A stretch of DNA of 64,000 nt from Sminthopsis crassicaudata (GCF_048593235.1 NC_133620.1:440291261-440355260); one strand, 5' to 3'; shown: positions 1 through 13,289, counted from the first letter of the stretch. Notes: generated from the letters alone by a model not told the origin. A program made the numbers and translations.

Positions 1-809
1 CACTGCAAAATTGAGAGGCAGTGCAGTACAATGGATAGAGCTAGACTGGACTCTAAATCCTGCTTCAAACCATGTGACCCTGAGCATCTTATCTCAGTAT
101 TCTAACACTCAGCTTCCACATTTGTAAAGTGTATTATTGCATGTAAGATATATAGTATTTACCTAATGGAATTTAATGGGAAGAGTGCTAGATCTGTAGA
201 GAGAAGACCTAGATTTGAATCTCAGCTCTTTTGCTTGGTAACTGTTAATTAATTCCTCTGCACGCCAGTTTCTTCAGTTCTCAAACGTATGTTAAGCAGC
301 CATGACATATAAGATATAAAGCTAGATTCTTGGGCTACAGACTCTAAAATTAATCTCACACACAGTTCCTGCTCTTGGATGACTTATAGTCCACTAAGCC
401 TACAGAAGTTATAAGAATCAGGTGGCAGCAAAAGAGCTCTGGACCTTTTTGCTTCAGGGAAATGTGAATACTCTCAGATGCAGATGTCAGAATGGAGGAG
501 TGCTTCTCCTCAGATGGGATGCCTGTGGTCAACCTAGAAGGAAAAGAGCTTTAGGAAGATCAAAGATGAGCAGGGTGGAGATTTCAAATATGGCAGACAG
601 TCAGGCTAGGTGACCACCTTGTAGCCCAGGGCATAGAACATGGACTGCACAAAGGGGAGAAATATGAATTAAGGTGGGAAGGCAAGGTTGAAAACAGATT
701 GCGGAGGTCTGCAAAGGCCAAGTTACCAAATATATATATGTTATTTTACTGGAAGGAAAGTTTTTCACAAGAGGGTACCATTGTGAGATTCTAAATTTAG
801 AAAAATTAT

Positions 810-980
810 TTTGTAACTGTATAGACATGTATAAATATATTGTATTTAACTTATACTTTAACATATTTAACATGTATTGGTCAACCTGGAGGGAAAAAGT
901 TGGAACAAAAGGTTTTGCAATTGTCAATGCTAAAAAATTATCCATGCATATATCTTGTAAATAAAAAGCTATTTAAAAAA
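810..980 (+). mobile_element. L1 3' end (5'-truncated, younger subfamily)
   Basis: Contains ggaacaaaaggttttgcaattgtcaatgct...catgcatatatcttgtaaataaaaagctat. The same block recurs at 31795-31940 (+), 33195-33330 (+), 53735-53905 (-) and 63840-64000 (+). Confidence 0.8.
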
Positions 981-1366
981 CTATACAGTCTGTATTCATA
1001 AGAAAAAAAAATAAAAATTCTTTTGTCAGTTGAGTAAAGGATGGATTAGAGCTAGGAGTAAGTAGGAACGGGGAAGGATTTCCTAATTTCAAATGCCTGG
1101 GCTATTGCAATAGTTTATGGAAGAATAGCTAGCATTTATATAATGCTTTAAGGTGTGTAAAGTATTTTGCATATGTTATCTTATTTGATCCTTACTACAA
1201 TCCTATGGGACACTAACTAGTTGTGTGACTGTACACAAATCACATCACTCCTATCCACAAATCACATCATTCCTAAACACATCCATTTCTTCATCCTACA
1301 GGTGAGGATCATAATAACCCCCACCTTCCAGGGTATTGTGGAGATCAGATGAAACATGTGCTATCC

Positions 1367-1555
1367 CAGTGGTCCTCAAACTTTTTAAATAGGGGCCAGT
1401 TCACTGTCCCTCAGACTGTGGGAGGGCCAGACTACAGTAAAAACAAAACTTCACACTGTCTCTGCCTCTCAGCCCATTTGCCATAACCCTGCGGGCCCCA
1501 TAAATGTCCTCAGTGGGCCACATCTGGCCCGAGGGCCTTAGTTTGAGAACCCCTG
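1367..1555 (+). mobile_element. hAT MITE, OC1 (OposCharlie1)-like
   Basis: TIRs are CAGTGGTCCTCAAACT / AGTTTGAGAACCCCTG. The interior ttttaaataggggccagttcactgtccctcagac matches my recollection of OC1/nhAT non-autonomous elements. Confidence 0.75.
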
Positions 1556-1899
1556 CTTAAAACCATCATTATCATTACTATTATTATTATTATTATTATG
1601 CCTATTTTACAGATAAGAAAACTGAGGTTGAGAAAGTTACTTGCCTAGGGTCACACTGCTATTAAATGTTTATGATAAGACCTGAATTCCACTCTTCTTA
1701 GCTCCAAGCCTGGCACTCATTCCACTGATAAAAGTGAAAAGGGGCTAGTGAAGTGAGAAGAGATAGATGGGAAAGAAGAGAAAGGATGAAATCAATGACT
1801 TCAGTTTATTGGACATAGGGGAATGATACCCGCACTACCTACCTCATTAGACTATTGTGAGGAATGGACTTTGTACAATCTTTAGAAGTGTCCGTTATT

Positions 1900-2330
1900 A
1901 GCAACATTCTGTGTGACCATCTATGAAGGATTTAGCTCTTCTCAGCAATACAGTGATCTGACATAAGTACAAAGGACTCATGATGGAAAATGGTGTTCCC
2001 AGAAAAAGAACTGACGGACTCTGAGTGCAGATAGAAGCATACTATTTTCATTTTCTTTATCTACGTGTGTTTTTTTTTTCTCTGAATTCGGATCTGAATG
2101 CAGATTGAAGCATGCAATTTTTACTTTTTTATGTTTTCTTTCCCTTTTGCTCTGTTTCGTCTTTCACTACATGATTAATATGAAGATACGTTTTACATGA
2201 TTGTACATATATATAATCTGTATCAAATTGCTTGCTGTTTTAGGAAGAGGTGAGAGAAGGGAAGGATGGAGAAAAATTTGGAACTCAAAATTTTATTAAA
2301 ATGAATGTTTAAAATTCTATCTAATATAAT
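1900..2330 (+). mobile_element. Older L1 3'UTR fragment
   Basis: Contains atgttttacatgattgtacatatatataatctgtatcaaattgcttgc and a purine-rich end. Related blocks lie at 12560-12960 (+), 15470-15890 (-) and 38390-38925 (-). Confidence 0.65.
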
Positions 2331-3292
2331 TGAAAAAATACTATTAAAAAAGGAAATGTCAGTTATTATTGAATAGAATGACTTGAAGCAATGAGAATAA
2401 TTTTTTTTTATTTTTAAAAATGTTTTGAGCATCATTTTAAATGCTATTCCGAGCAATTCCTTGGGGAAAATGTTTTAGACTTTTAGAACACCTAAGAGAA
2501 ATAGATGCCCAGGCTTGAGATTCAAATTAAGACTAATAAACTGGCAACCTTCCCAAACTCTTTTTCCTTCCTCTATTTGTACCCACAGCTTCCTACTGAG
2601 GCTGCAGGAAAGATCTTTTGGGGTTCTCTCCCCCGCCTGCTCATTACCTTGACCTTAAAGCAACAATCCAGCAGCTGGGGAAGTGAGTACCCATTCATTC
2701 ATATACACACCCCTCCCCCAGCCTATGAGCAAGTGATGAGCCCCTTTTCCCCATAAACCACTGCATCTCTCATACTCCTGATCGTTTGTTCCTGGGACTA
2801 GTGGACGGTGTCTGCCAGCTTTGCCCTTAGCAACAAGGGCAGAGGCAGCCTGCCTAACTCTGAGCCCGGCTGAGGAGGGAGCCCTGAGCCAAAGCAGTGA
2901 ATAAAGTTGGATTCTCTGGGGCTGCTTTAATATGGAAGCCCTCTCTTCAAGGGCCGAGGAAACTTCGAGCTCTGAACAGGGGCCTTTATTCCCAGGCTGC
3001 ACTTTCCCTCTGGGCCTGTGGGAGCCGGCCCAGGGACAGGTCAGGCATCCAGGGAGCCTCTCGGGACAGAGGCAAGTCTGCAGCCGTCTCTAAAACCAAA
3101 CAGTGGGTGTCGCTAGTCTCCAGCTTTTCCTGCTCACAGAGGGTCTGGAGGGTGGCTCTCCCGGGGGCTCCAGTGCTTGTCCCCCCTTTTCTCCTGGACC
3201 ACAATGATAAGTTGGCGTCCGGGAGCCAAGGCTGGAGAAGGGAAGATGGAGACCTTCCCATCAGTGGGCTCCCGGGAGCCCCAAACTTTCTG

Positions 3293-3316
3293 ATTTGCAT
3301 AATTATTTGCATAATT
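3293..3316. promoter_or_regulatory. Tandem octamer/POU-homeo motif (ATTTGCATAATT)x2
   Basis: Two perfect ATTTGCAT octamers, each followed by AATT, inside a GC-rich non-repeat island. Confidence 0.45.
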
Positions 3317-5357
3317 ATTGCCCAGGAGAGGGAGCTGGGGGTCAGACTGAGACATCTGGGGTAAGGGTGGATGCAGATATAACAAAACCCAGCAAAGTTT
3401 CATCCATTCGGATCTACTCTGATTTTGAACTTGAGAGTATTCATATGATCTGGGCTGAAGTTTACCTTTGCAATACTTATTATAAGAGAATTTGCTAAGT
3501 AAAGTAGTAATAAATATAATATATTAACGTAAACATATCAAGTGATATGTTAAGGGGAAATGTTTAAATTATTTTAAAAAGGTAAATGTTTTTAAACAAT
3601 GTAGAACTCTTTCCTTTCTCCCTTTTTCAGGGGGAGGGGTTAGGGTGATAGGGAGGATCTGTGAGTTCATCTGTGGAAATCTACAGATGGAGGCAGCTAA
3701 CTCCTTTGAAAATTAGAGTCTCACTTGCCGGGCCATATTGGGGGTTAAATTAGTTGCCTACTAAACTAAATATTTACAAACTAAATATTTTTCAGAGCAA
3801 GGACTTGAACCAAAACATTCCTAACTCCAAGACTAGATCCTCTATCTATAAGCCATGCTGCTCCTTTCCCCCTTTCATTATCTTTAAAATTCCATATCTA
3901 TCCATCTATCTATCTATGTGCATATATATACATAATTTTAAAGACATACATATATATAAATAACAAATTATTCTTATGTATTCATTAAGTTTGCCAGCCA
4001 AGATACTGAATAAATAAATCAACCAATAACAATATAGTAGGCAGACGTTGAAATGAGAAAGTCTGGGGTCTAGCTCCTCAGACACTTCCTCTGTTACCCA
4101 GGTACGTCATTTAACCTCCAAGGGCCTCCCAGTAGAAAGGATGGGAAATCAAAGGGTCCAGATCTCTGATCTTACTGACAGAAGAAGCTCGTAGATAAAG
4201 AAACTTGTGCTAATTCAGACAAGTACATTTTCTGTAACTTCAGAGTCTCAGAGTGTTACCCTGAATTAAATAGTTAATATATGCCAGCCATGGAAGTTGG
4301 ACTAAGGTCTTCCTATATCAGAGTCCAGCTTGTGACCTATTATATCATACAATATCTGGGGTGAATGGGTAATATCACTAAAAAAAAAAAAAAAAAGGAA
4401 ATTATAGAATTGTTTCTCCCTTCTCCCCTCTTAGATTGTAAACTCTTTGAAGGCAGGAAATATCTTTTGCTTCTTTTTTGTATCCCTAGTACTTAGCATA
4501 GTGCCTGGCACATAGTAAGGTGCTTAATAAATAAATACTGATTAATTTCTAGCTAAGTAGGTTTGTGAAATATCTATTGAATGCCTACTATGTTTAAGGT
4601 TTACCCTGTTTATGTTTGGTATTGTGGGGGATTACAAATTCTTCTGCAGCATACTTTACAATGTTGCTGCCAGTCAGTCAATATGCACTTAATAAGTGCC
4701 TACTATGTGCTAGGTACTGAACTATGCTTTGAAGAAAGCCCCCTCCCAAAAGGCAACAAGTAATCTTCTCTCAAAGACTTCACAGTGGAAAGAGGAACAC
4801 AGCATGCAAACAAACAAAACATAAATAAAACATATGCAGGAAAATTGGAGCTAATCCACAGGTTAGACACTAGGCTCATGAGGTATAGGGTAAGACTTTT
4901 AGTTGGGACTTGAAGGAAGCCAGAGAGATTAGGAAATGGAGCATGGAAGACAGTAAAAATGTCTATGGATGCTTCTTGTGTGAGGAATAGCAAAAGAGCC
5001 CCAGATCATTGTAAGGATCAAATGGAAAGATGAATGCAAAACATTAAGTGAATATGAGTTATCATGTTTATTTCAAAGAAGTTTTAAAAATGGCCTCGTT
5101 GTCCTTCCTTTAAAAATGTCTATAATTCATATTGTTTGCTAATTAAGACCAATTTTATTCCCAAGTAGTCTGAATAATAGAAGTTTTCCTCTACTCAGCA
5201 CCAATTTCAGGCTGTTTAGGGATCATCTAGTCTGATGCCCTCCTTCTACAGATGAGAGAAATCAGGCTTGTCTTAACCAAGGTTACAGAAGAATGTGTGT
5301 GTGTGTGTATGTATATATACATATACACATATGTATGTATGTATATATTTCATAAGA

Positions 5358-5541
5358 NNNNNNNNNNNNNNNNNNNNNNNNNNNNNNNNNNNNNNNNNNN
5401 NNNNNNNNNNNNNNNNNNNNNNNNNNNNNNNNNNNNNNNNNNNNNNNNNNNNNNNNNNNNNNNNNNNNNNNNNNNNNNNNNNNNNNNNNNNNNNNNNNNN
5501 NNNNNNNNNNNNNNNNNNNNNNNNNNNNNNNNNNNNNNNNN
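5358..5541. other. Assembly gap (others: 10716-10911, 18912-19142, 55592-55845, 58087-58416)
   Basis: Runs of N. Confidence 1.
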
Positions 5542-8500
5542 AGAATAATGAAAGGATCTCAAGAAATTAGAGAGAGTGCTAGATCTAAGAAGATCTGAGT
5601 TCAAATTCAGGCTCAGACACAGGCAAATTATTTAATCTCTGTTAGCCTCAGTTTCCAACTGAGGGAAATAAATAAAATGGGTATAATAATAGCATCTATC
5701 TCTCAGAGTCATTATGAGGATCACATGAAATAATATTTGTAAAGCGCTTAGTATAATACTTGGTACAGAGCAGGTACTATGTAAATACTTACTCCCTTTC
5801 TTCTTCCCCTTGTTAAAGAAAGAACATGCATGTGTATTGTGGTGGGGAGAAGGATGTGGTACTCACCATCACCTCCAGCTGAGTAGAGTTAGTCATAGGT
5901 GAGAAGTTTTTAATATAGTAACAAGGTATTAAACTAACTGGAAAATTACAGACAGAACCAGTGATTCCTTTATATAGTGTAAATATATTTTTGTGATGGG
6001 ATTAAAGGGAGGCAATCTAACTGGGCAAATACATTTTGATTTTGAAGAACTTTAAATAACTAAGCCTTGGATGAGTTTGTCAGGTGGAGGAAATCTAAAC
6101 TGGGAATCAGAAATGGAGGAGGGATTGGGCCCCTGAGAGGGAAGTACTTTTGGGTAAGGGGAAGACCACAGAATTGCAGGGGAGCTACCATCTAGTAAGA
6201 GACATTGCTTTCAAGGAAGAGAAAACAGTTTGTTTTCCGTATCTCCAGAAAGACACAGGTACAGAAAAAGTCATTGAAGAGGGGAGTAGCTTTAAGAAAT
6301 GTTTCCTAGCAGAAGAAAAGAGCGCTGACTGTGGTCACGAGAACTAGCTCTGGCAATCAAGAGATGAGATGGAAAGAAAATTGCAAGAGAAGAGAAAGGC
6401 TTCCTAGACTTACAATTCTGTGGCTGTGTATTGCTTTGTCCTATGTGTGTATGTGCCTTCCTAGCATTGTGCTCTAAATTTTTGTCCATTTTTCCCATGG
6501 ATATTGTATATATCTGTGGGGGAATATACCCCTGATTTGTGGAAGGAAATGTTTTTAGATACTGTTTTTACTAAATTATGATCATTTAAATTGCTGACTC
6601 ACTATTCTTAGGATATACATTGATGGAAGCTCATGAACCATGTTTGGAATGATGATCCAGAAGATCACCCCTTAGAATAAAAGATATCTATCAGCCATGC
6701 TCTGGGAACCCAACTTGTAAGTTGGGGGATGGGTTAAAACTGGGAAAGTAATCCCCAGAAGGAATGCTATATAAGGGATCTGTTTTTCTCCAGGGATCCT
6801 GTTCTATTTATGATTAGAATATTTTTGTAATTTGCAGCATGAGTTAATGGCAAATGGAAAATATCCATAGAATGCAGAAGAAAAACTACTTCCTTTCCAT
6901 CTATTGAAATTCTATTCCTTTAAGGACCAATTCAGGTACTACAATATGTCAAAAGCCTTTCTTTATCTCCACCCCTGTAGCTAAGGGTAATTCCTACTTC
7001 CTCCTGAGACTTTCCCCTAAGGAAAACCAACTTTTCCCTACTCAAATTTTCCTAAAGTACTTTGCCTGCTGTCTCTTCTGTCAATTCTATTCTTCATGTC
7101 CATTTTACCTTGTATTAAAAATCTTTGTGTCCTTGTAAAAAAAAACATAATATTCTTAGTGGGTTGCTAACTTTTTGAGAACTGGATATTTGTTTTTTAT
7201 CTTTGTGTCCAATGGCACCTAACATAGGACCTTATACATAGTAATAAATGTTTGTTGAATTGAAATAAATTAAATCAGAGAGGCTACTTTATGTTGGCCT
7301 TTGCATATGTGAGTAACATTAGGAAGAATAGTTTGGGGGAAAATATTATAAAAGAGAAGAGAAGAAAGGAAGAGAATAAAAATGTAAATCAAAGAAGTAC
7401 AAAAGAGAAGATTCAATGAAACACAAGGAGGAAAGAGAATCCCTTGGAAAGAAAGAAAATATTAGTCAAGAAACACACCCCAAGCATATGTAATGTGTAT
7501 ATAAAACATACGCCTGTTACTGTTAGGTTAATATATATATATATGTGTGTATATATATATATATAATGTACATAAAATATATTCATAACACTTATTCTCT
7601 CTTTCCCACATTTTGAACCTTTAAAGGAAAAGGGGTCATAGGACGTTATTGCTTTTGAAATTGCTGCCTCCATCCTTTTAACTTTACCATAGGAGTTATA
7701 TTTTAAAATTTAACATGTCAGAGCAGGTGTATGCAATTACAAAGGGTTTCCCCAAAATAGCTGACGGCTGTCCACTTGGTGAGCAAGAGCCATCTGTCAT
7801 CTCCTTTCCTCCTCCAATTGGTCAAAATTTAATTCTAAAGCTCACCACTTTATACTTGAGCACTTTGCTTGTGGTCTGTAGAGGGGGCCATCTGAACTTC
7901 AGAACTGCTAAAAATTTAGATGTGATTTTTTACATCTCTCCTTCTTCCTTCCCATGGATATCAGTCAATATGAAATGAAGTACTTGATATAATCAAGCAT
8001 CAAGAGCCAGTCCGCTTTTCTTTTCCATTCTTATGATACACAATTCTTTTTAACATCCAAACCAGAAATCCTGGTTCTATTGAGCTTTACATTAAAGAAC
8101 TATTCACAATGGCTTTTAATCAGCTTCATATACCTGGAACCATGCCAGAACTTTCTTGTGGGTAATTTTAACTAACATTCATTCCAGAATAGTGTCAGAG
8201 AAGGAAAATTACTTACTATCTCACACTGATTTTTCAAAAAAACAATACCAACTTTAACAATCTCAGTAATGATCTAACTGCCTGCTATGCATAAAATACT
8301 GTTGAGGAAACAAGATTAAATGAGACAGAGTTGCTGCCCCCATGGAGCATACAATTAATTTTTAGTAGGATACACAAATTGTCATAATACAATGTTAGTC
8401 ATAAACGAAGGGGAAAGTAGGTATTATGGTATATTTGAGACAGGTAGGGGGAGATTTTAGTCCATATTGGGAAAAAATCATGGACAGTTTCATGGGAGAG

Positions 8501-10224
8501 GTGACATTTAAGAATATTTAGGGTTTAAATAAACAGAAATGGGGAAAAAGCCATTCTAAGATAGGGCTAGCAAATATAGATTTAACCAAAGTACAAAGTC
8601 CAAATAGCAAGGGATTTATATGGCAGAAGGTTAATTGGAGCTGGATAATTCAATGCATTAAAAGGAAAACTATGAGTTGAGGCTACACAGGTAGACAATA
8701 GTGAATCAGTGCAAGATTTTGGAAAGAGATGAAGTGGAATTACCAATTGGGCACTGGAAATAATCAAACATACAAGAATTAAAATCCTGTATCAGATGCT
8801 TGCTGAGCAGTTTTCTGGGCCTCAGTTTCCTTATCTATAAAATGAGAAAATCGAACTTTATGATCTTTAAGGTCCTTTGCAGCTTTAAATCTGTGATGCT
8901 GTGAGCAATATGTTTAGATGGGTGCATACAGAAGATCGTTCTGGCATTAACACAAAGGATGAATTGCGGAGCCATGGTCCCAACCCAAGTGAATTGTAAT
9001 AAAGATCTCCAGTAAGCAGTTAACAGAGATGAGGATGAATGCAAGAGCTATGGGAGATGTAGAAATAGCAAGACTTGGCAACTTACTAGATGTTGGGGAG
9101 CAGAGGTGTATGAAAAGACAAAAGTCAAATGTAACACAATTTTGAATACAGGGGAATTGTGTGGTCACTGTCAGGAATACAGAAACAAGACAATAATTGG
9201 CAAAAAGACAATATATTTAGTTTTAGAAATGTCAGACTTGATTTGTTAATGGGATAGTCAGGTTAAATATCTTGTGGGAACTTTGAAACACGAGTCTGTA
9301 ACTTGTAAGAAAAGTGATGACTGAAGACAGAGCCAGCTGTGTAGAGTTTGTAGTTGAAACTGTGGAGGTAAATTGGGGAAATGAAAGAGAGGAATAAGAA
9401 AGAACTTTTTGGAATATAACTACTAAGTGGTCAGTTAGAAAAATGTGGCCCATGAAGGAGATAGGGGAAAAGTAGTTAGAGAGGTAAGTCAACCAAAATG
9501 GCAAAACTAAGGTATCCAAAAGAAAGAAATGGCTAATGGCATTGAACATTTCAAAGGGGTCAAAGAGAATGAGAACCAAGGGATGGATTTGGGATCTCGG
9601 GCCAAGTTATTTCATTTTACTAGGACTGAGCTTTTCTTCTATTAAACGAGATTGGTATAAATGATCTCTTGGGTCCCTTCTGGCTCTAGTATTAGGTGAC
9701 TTACTCTCTCCTGTATTATTTCTAGCTATTCTTCTACATATACTGCAGCTTTCAGCCAAAGCGGAGTATTCACATTACTCAAATGTGCCTATGTGTTCCA
9801 GCCTCTCTGCATTTGCTCATGCTGTTCCCTCTTCCTGGAATGTCCTTTTCCTCCTCTGGTTTTCCCTTGCTGAAACCTTACCCATTCTTCAAAGCCTGTG
9901 TTAAATATCACCTCCCTCATGGAGCCTTTAGATGCAGTTCAACAAACAATCCCCCTGGCCATATTTCACAGCCTCTCTTTCACCTCCAAAAGGTAGTCCT
10001 CTTTCTTGATTCCAGTCACACTTCTTCTGCCTATACTTTTTTCGTGTCATTTATCACAGATTACTTTGTATGATGCCTGTGCAGAAGGACTTCTCTTCCT
10101 TGCTAGATTGTATGCTTTTCAAGAGTAAGGATTTTGTTTTACTTCTTCTCCCACTCCCATTCCCTGCCACTTTGCAACAAGTAGCACATAGTAAGTACTT
10201 AATAAATGCTTGTTGAATTAACAC

Positions 10225-10670
10225 CAGTGCGGGACTGGAGATGGCCTGGGATGAAATGGGAGACCTTGCGTTTTTAAGCTAAGGTCTTCCACAGTTTCCA
10301 ATTTGACTGAGGCAGCAACCATTCAGTGATTAAGGCTAGGTAGCAAAATTGAGGCAAAGAATCTCCTCTTTCATCTAGTTCAAAAATAAATAAGAGAGAA
10401 AGCAATTGAAACAAACAAACAAACAAATAAATAAATCTGAGAAGACCCTCAGGATCTCTGGCTAAGGCAGAAATGATTGCTATTTACATTCAATCTGAGC
10501 TAAGGCTATCTCTAGTCATCCTGACCTATATCTGGCTACTAGACCCAGATGACTCTGGAGGGGAAAGTGAGGCAGATTACCCTATACAGCCCTCCCTCAT
10601 TCACTTGTATGTCACCCTATCACCTTCCTGATGTCATGGTCCCCTTTGAGAACGAAATTCAGACAATACT
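10225..10670 (+). mobile_element. RTE-mobilised (WALLSI-type) SINE
   Basis: RTE-like 3' end gatgtcatggtcccctttgagaacgaa. A shorter related fragment lies at 49680-49790. Confidence 0.55.
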
Positions 10671-10691
10671 TCTGGAATTAATCAGCTAGAA

Positions 10692-11185
10692 AATTTCTTC
10701 TCTCCCTCCCTCTTCNNNNNNNNNNNNNNNNNNNNNNNNNNNNNNNNNNNNNNNNNNNNNNNNNNNNNNNNNNNNNNNNNNNNNNNNNNNNNNNNNNNNN
10801 NNNNNNNNNNNNNNNNNNNNNNNNNNNNNNNNNNNNNNNNNNNNNNNNNNNNNNNNNNNNNNNNNNNNNNNNNNNNNNNNNNNNNNNNNNNNNNNNNNNN
10901 NNNNNNNNNNNTTCCTTTCTCCTTTTCTTCATCCCTCCTTTCTTTCCTCCCTTATCCCCTGCTCTCCCTCCCTTTCTCTATTTCTCCCTCCCTCCCTTCC
11001 TCCCTCTCCCTTTCTCCCTCCTTCCTTCTTTTCCTTCCTTCTTTATTTCCTCCCTTTCTTCCTCTCTCCCTCCCTTTTTTCTCTCCTTCCTTATTTCTTC
11101 CTTCCTCCCTCCCCCTTTCTCCTTTTCTTTCTTCCTCCCTTCCTTCCATCCTTTTTTCTTCCTTTCTCTCCTTCCCTTTCCTCCC
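10692..11185. repeat. Long polypyrimidine/polypurine low-complexity tract (spans a gap)
   Basis: Almost pure C/T with (ctcc/ttcc)n units on both sides of the N run. Confidence 0.95.
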
Positions 11186-11393
11186 TGTGTCCACATAGGG
11201 TATCATACTCTTATCTACAGATTGGGACCCAAGCAATGACCAAATGGGGCTTGGCCTAGGACCTGTTGGTGGCCAATGAAAATCAGATTGGTTTTGTTTT
11301 AAGTCATGATCCTTAAGAAAGAAATCTAGCCAGTAAGCTCCAAGATGTCTTGAGTCAAGAGTAAACTGGCTATGTTTAAAAAAGATAATGTCA

Positions 11394-11510
11394 CCTTGAA
11401 GTCAGGAGGACCTGAGTTCAAATCTGACCTCAGACACTTTACATTTCCTAGCTGTGTGATCCTGGGGAAGTCACTTAACCCTAATTGCCTCAAGGGAAAA
11501 AAAAAAAAAA
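11394..11510 (+). mobile_element. 5'-truncated WSINE1-type SINE
   Basis: CORE body with an A tail. The TSD aaagataatgtca is on both sides. Confidence 0.85.
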
Positions 11511-13289
11511 GATAATGTCATAGAATGTTGGAAGAACATCACAAGAAATCGCATTCAACCCTATCTTTTCTTTTTTTTTTTTTTTTTTTTTGTTTAACAA
11601 AGAAGCAAACTGAGGCCTAGTGATGTTAAGTGAACTGTTCAAAATTCCAAAGGTAATAACCACAAGATGCAGAGTATGAATTCACACCCCCTCAGTGTTA
11701 GTACAATGAATTCTTTCATGGAATCAGCTCCAAACTAAAAGTCAATAATAAACATCTGTAAAGTGCCTACTATGTGTAATTTTATTAAGCTCTAGGAACA
11801 TAAAAACAAATATTCAACAATCCCTTGTATTTCAGTTAACCTGAATTATTAATAGTCCCTATAATATAACTAATCTTTCCTGTCTGTTTTCCTTTACTTT
11901 TCCTGTTTTCTTTCCTTTAAATGCCTTCTATACATTAGAATATAAACATATTAATTGAAGCTAGAGACTACTCTTATGTTTTTGTCTTTCTTTGTAAATT
12001 TCAGCCCTTAGCCCAACGCATGGCACATAATAAATGTTTGACAAATTCTTGTTGATTGATTAATCCCAATCTCTTCTCCACCTAGCCACAGTTTACCTAG
12101 CCTAGTTCAAAGTTCAAGATCAAGCTTTAGAATCAAAATTCATCCTTCAAGACCATCCCAACCTCAAATGATTGATCCTTCTTTCAATTCTAATAGCATC
12201 TATTTTCTGTACATGGTTTTTTCTTGAATTCTTGATCCCTTTCCCTACACCTGACTTCCCAGGCAATAAATCTCATTTTAAAAAATAATCTTTTATCTTT
12301 TCCCATGTTTCCACATTCTTCCCTGTGACTTATAAACCCTCCCATTTCTCCCCTATCACTTCTTCTGGGTTCACTCTTTCTATTCCTATTCATACTGAAA
12401 ATTGGTTTCACAGAGGATTACTAATTACTTCTCTCCTCAGAGTTCATGGAATAATTATGAGAGGCTGGAATTTCTAATAATGTTGCTCAAAATCTCCTAT
12501 TTGGTGTTCTCCTCATTAGCAATATACCAGTAAAAATCTATTAGCTTTTTGAAAAGGGATTTATTAAGAAAGTATAGCAATTGTTGCAAAACAAAGTGAG
12601 CAGAATTAGGAAAACATTGTACATAATAACAGCAAAATTGTAATGATAATCATCTGTGAAAGACTTAGCTACTGTGATTAATATAATAATCTACAACAAT
12701 TACAAAGGATGCCTGATTTTAAAAATGCTATACACCTCCAAAGAGAAAACCATTAAACTCTTATGAAAGACAGAAGCATCTTTTTCATTTTATTTTTCTT
12801 GCTTCTTTCTTTTTTGCAATATAAATAATGTGAAATGTGTTTTACATGATTTCACATATATGATGGGTATCACATTTACTGTCTTTTCAATGGATGAAAA
12901 AGAGTGGAAGGAGAGACTTCAGAACTGACAATTTTTTAAAAAGAGAAACTATAAAAAGAAAGTCATTACAAAACAATTTCTTCCCAACAAGGATCTCCCT
13001 TTCTTCATATGAGATCTGTGGGGAGACTGGGCTCAAACCTCAGAATTAGCCTCCTTTCTTTACTCTTCCTCATACCACATATCAGTTGCTAAGTCTTGTC
13101 ATTATTTCCAAAATGCCTCTTACATTCATCTCCTTTTCTGTACTCACATGGCAACCATAACACTAGTCAGTGCTTTCATCATTTCTCACCTTGTTTATTA
13201 TAATAGTTTTACAATCAGTATTTCTACCTCAAAACTAGTCCCTCTCCAATCCATACTTGATAGAGATACCAAAGTGATATTGCCAATAT

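Noticed and set aside
2655-3403. Several 89-155 aa overlapping ORFs in the GC-rich island
   Set aside because: They occur on both strands, mostly with non-ATG starts and no recognisable homology. GC content explains the scarcity of stops.
5252-5604. ORFs containing X runs (also at 18.8-19.3, 55.5-55.9 and 58.0-58.5 kb)
   Set aside because: Artefacts of assembly gaps.
10678-11236. Lys/Glu/Arg/Gly-rich ORFs
   Set aside because: Translations of the polypurine tract and the N gap.
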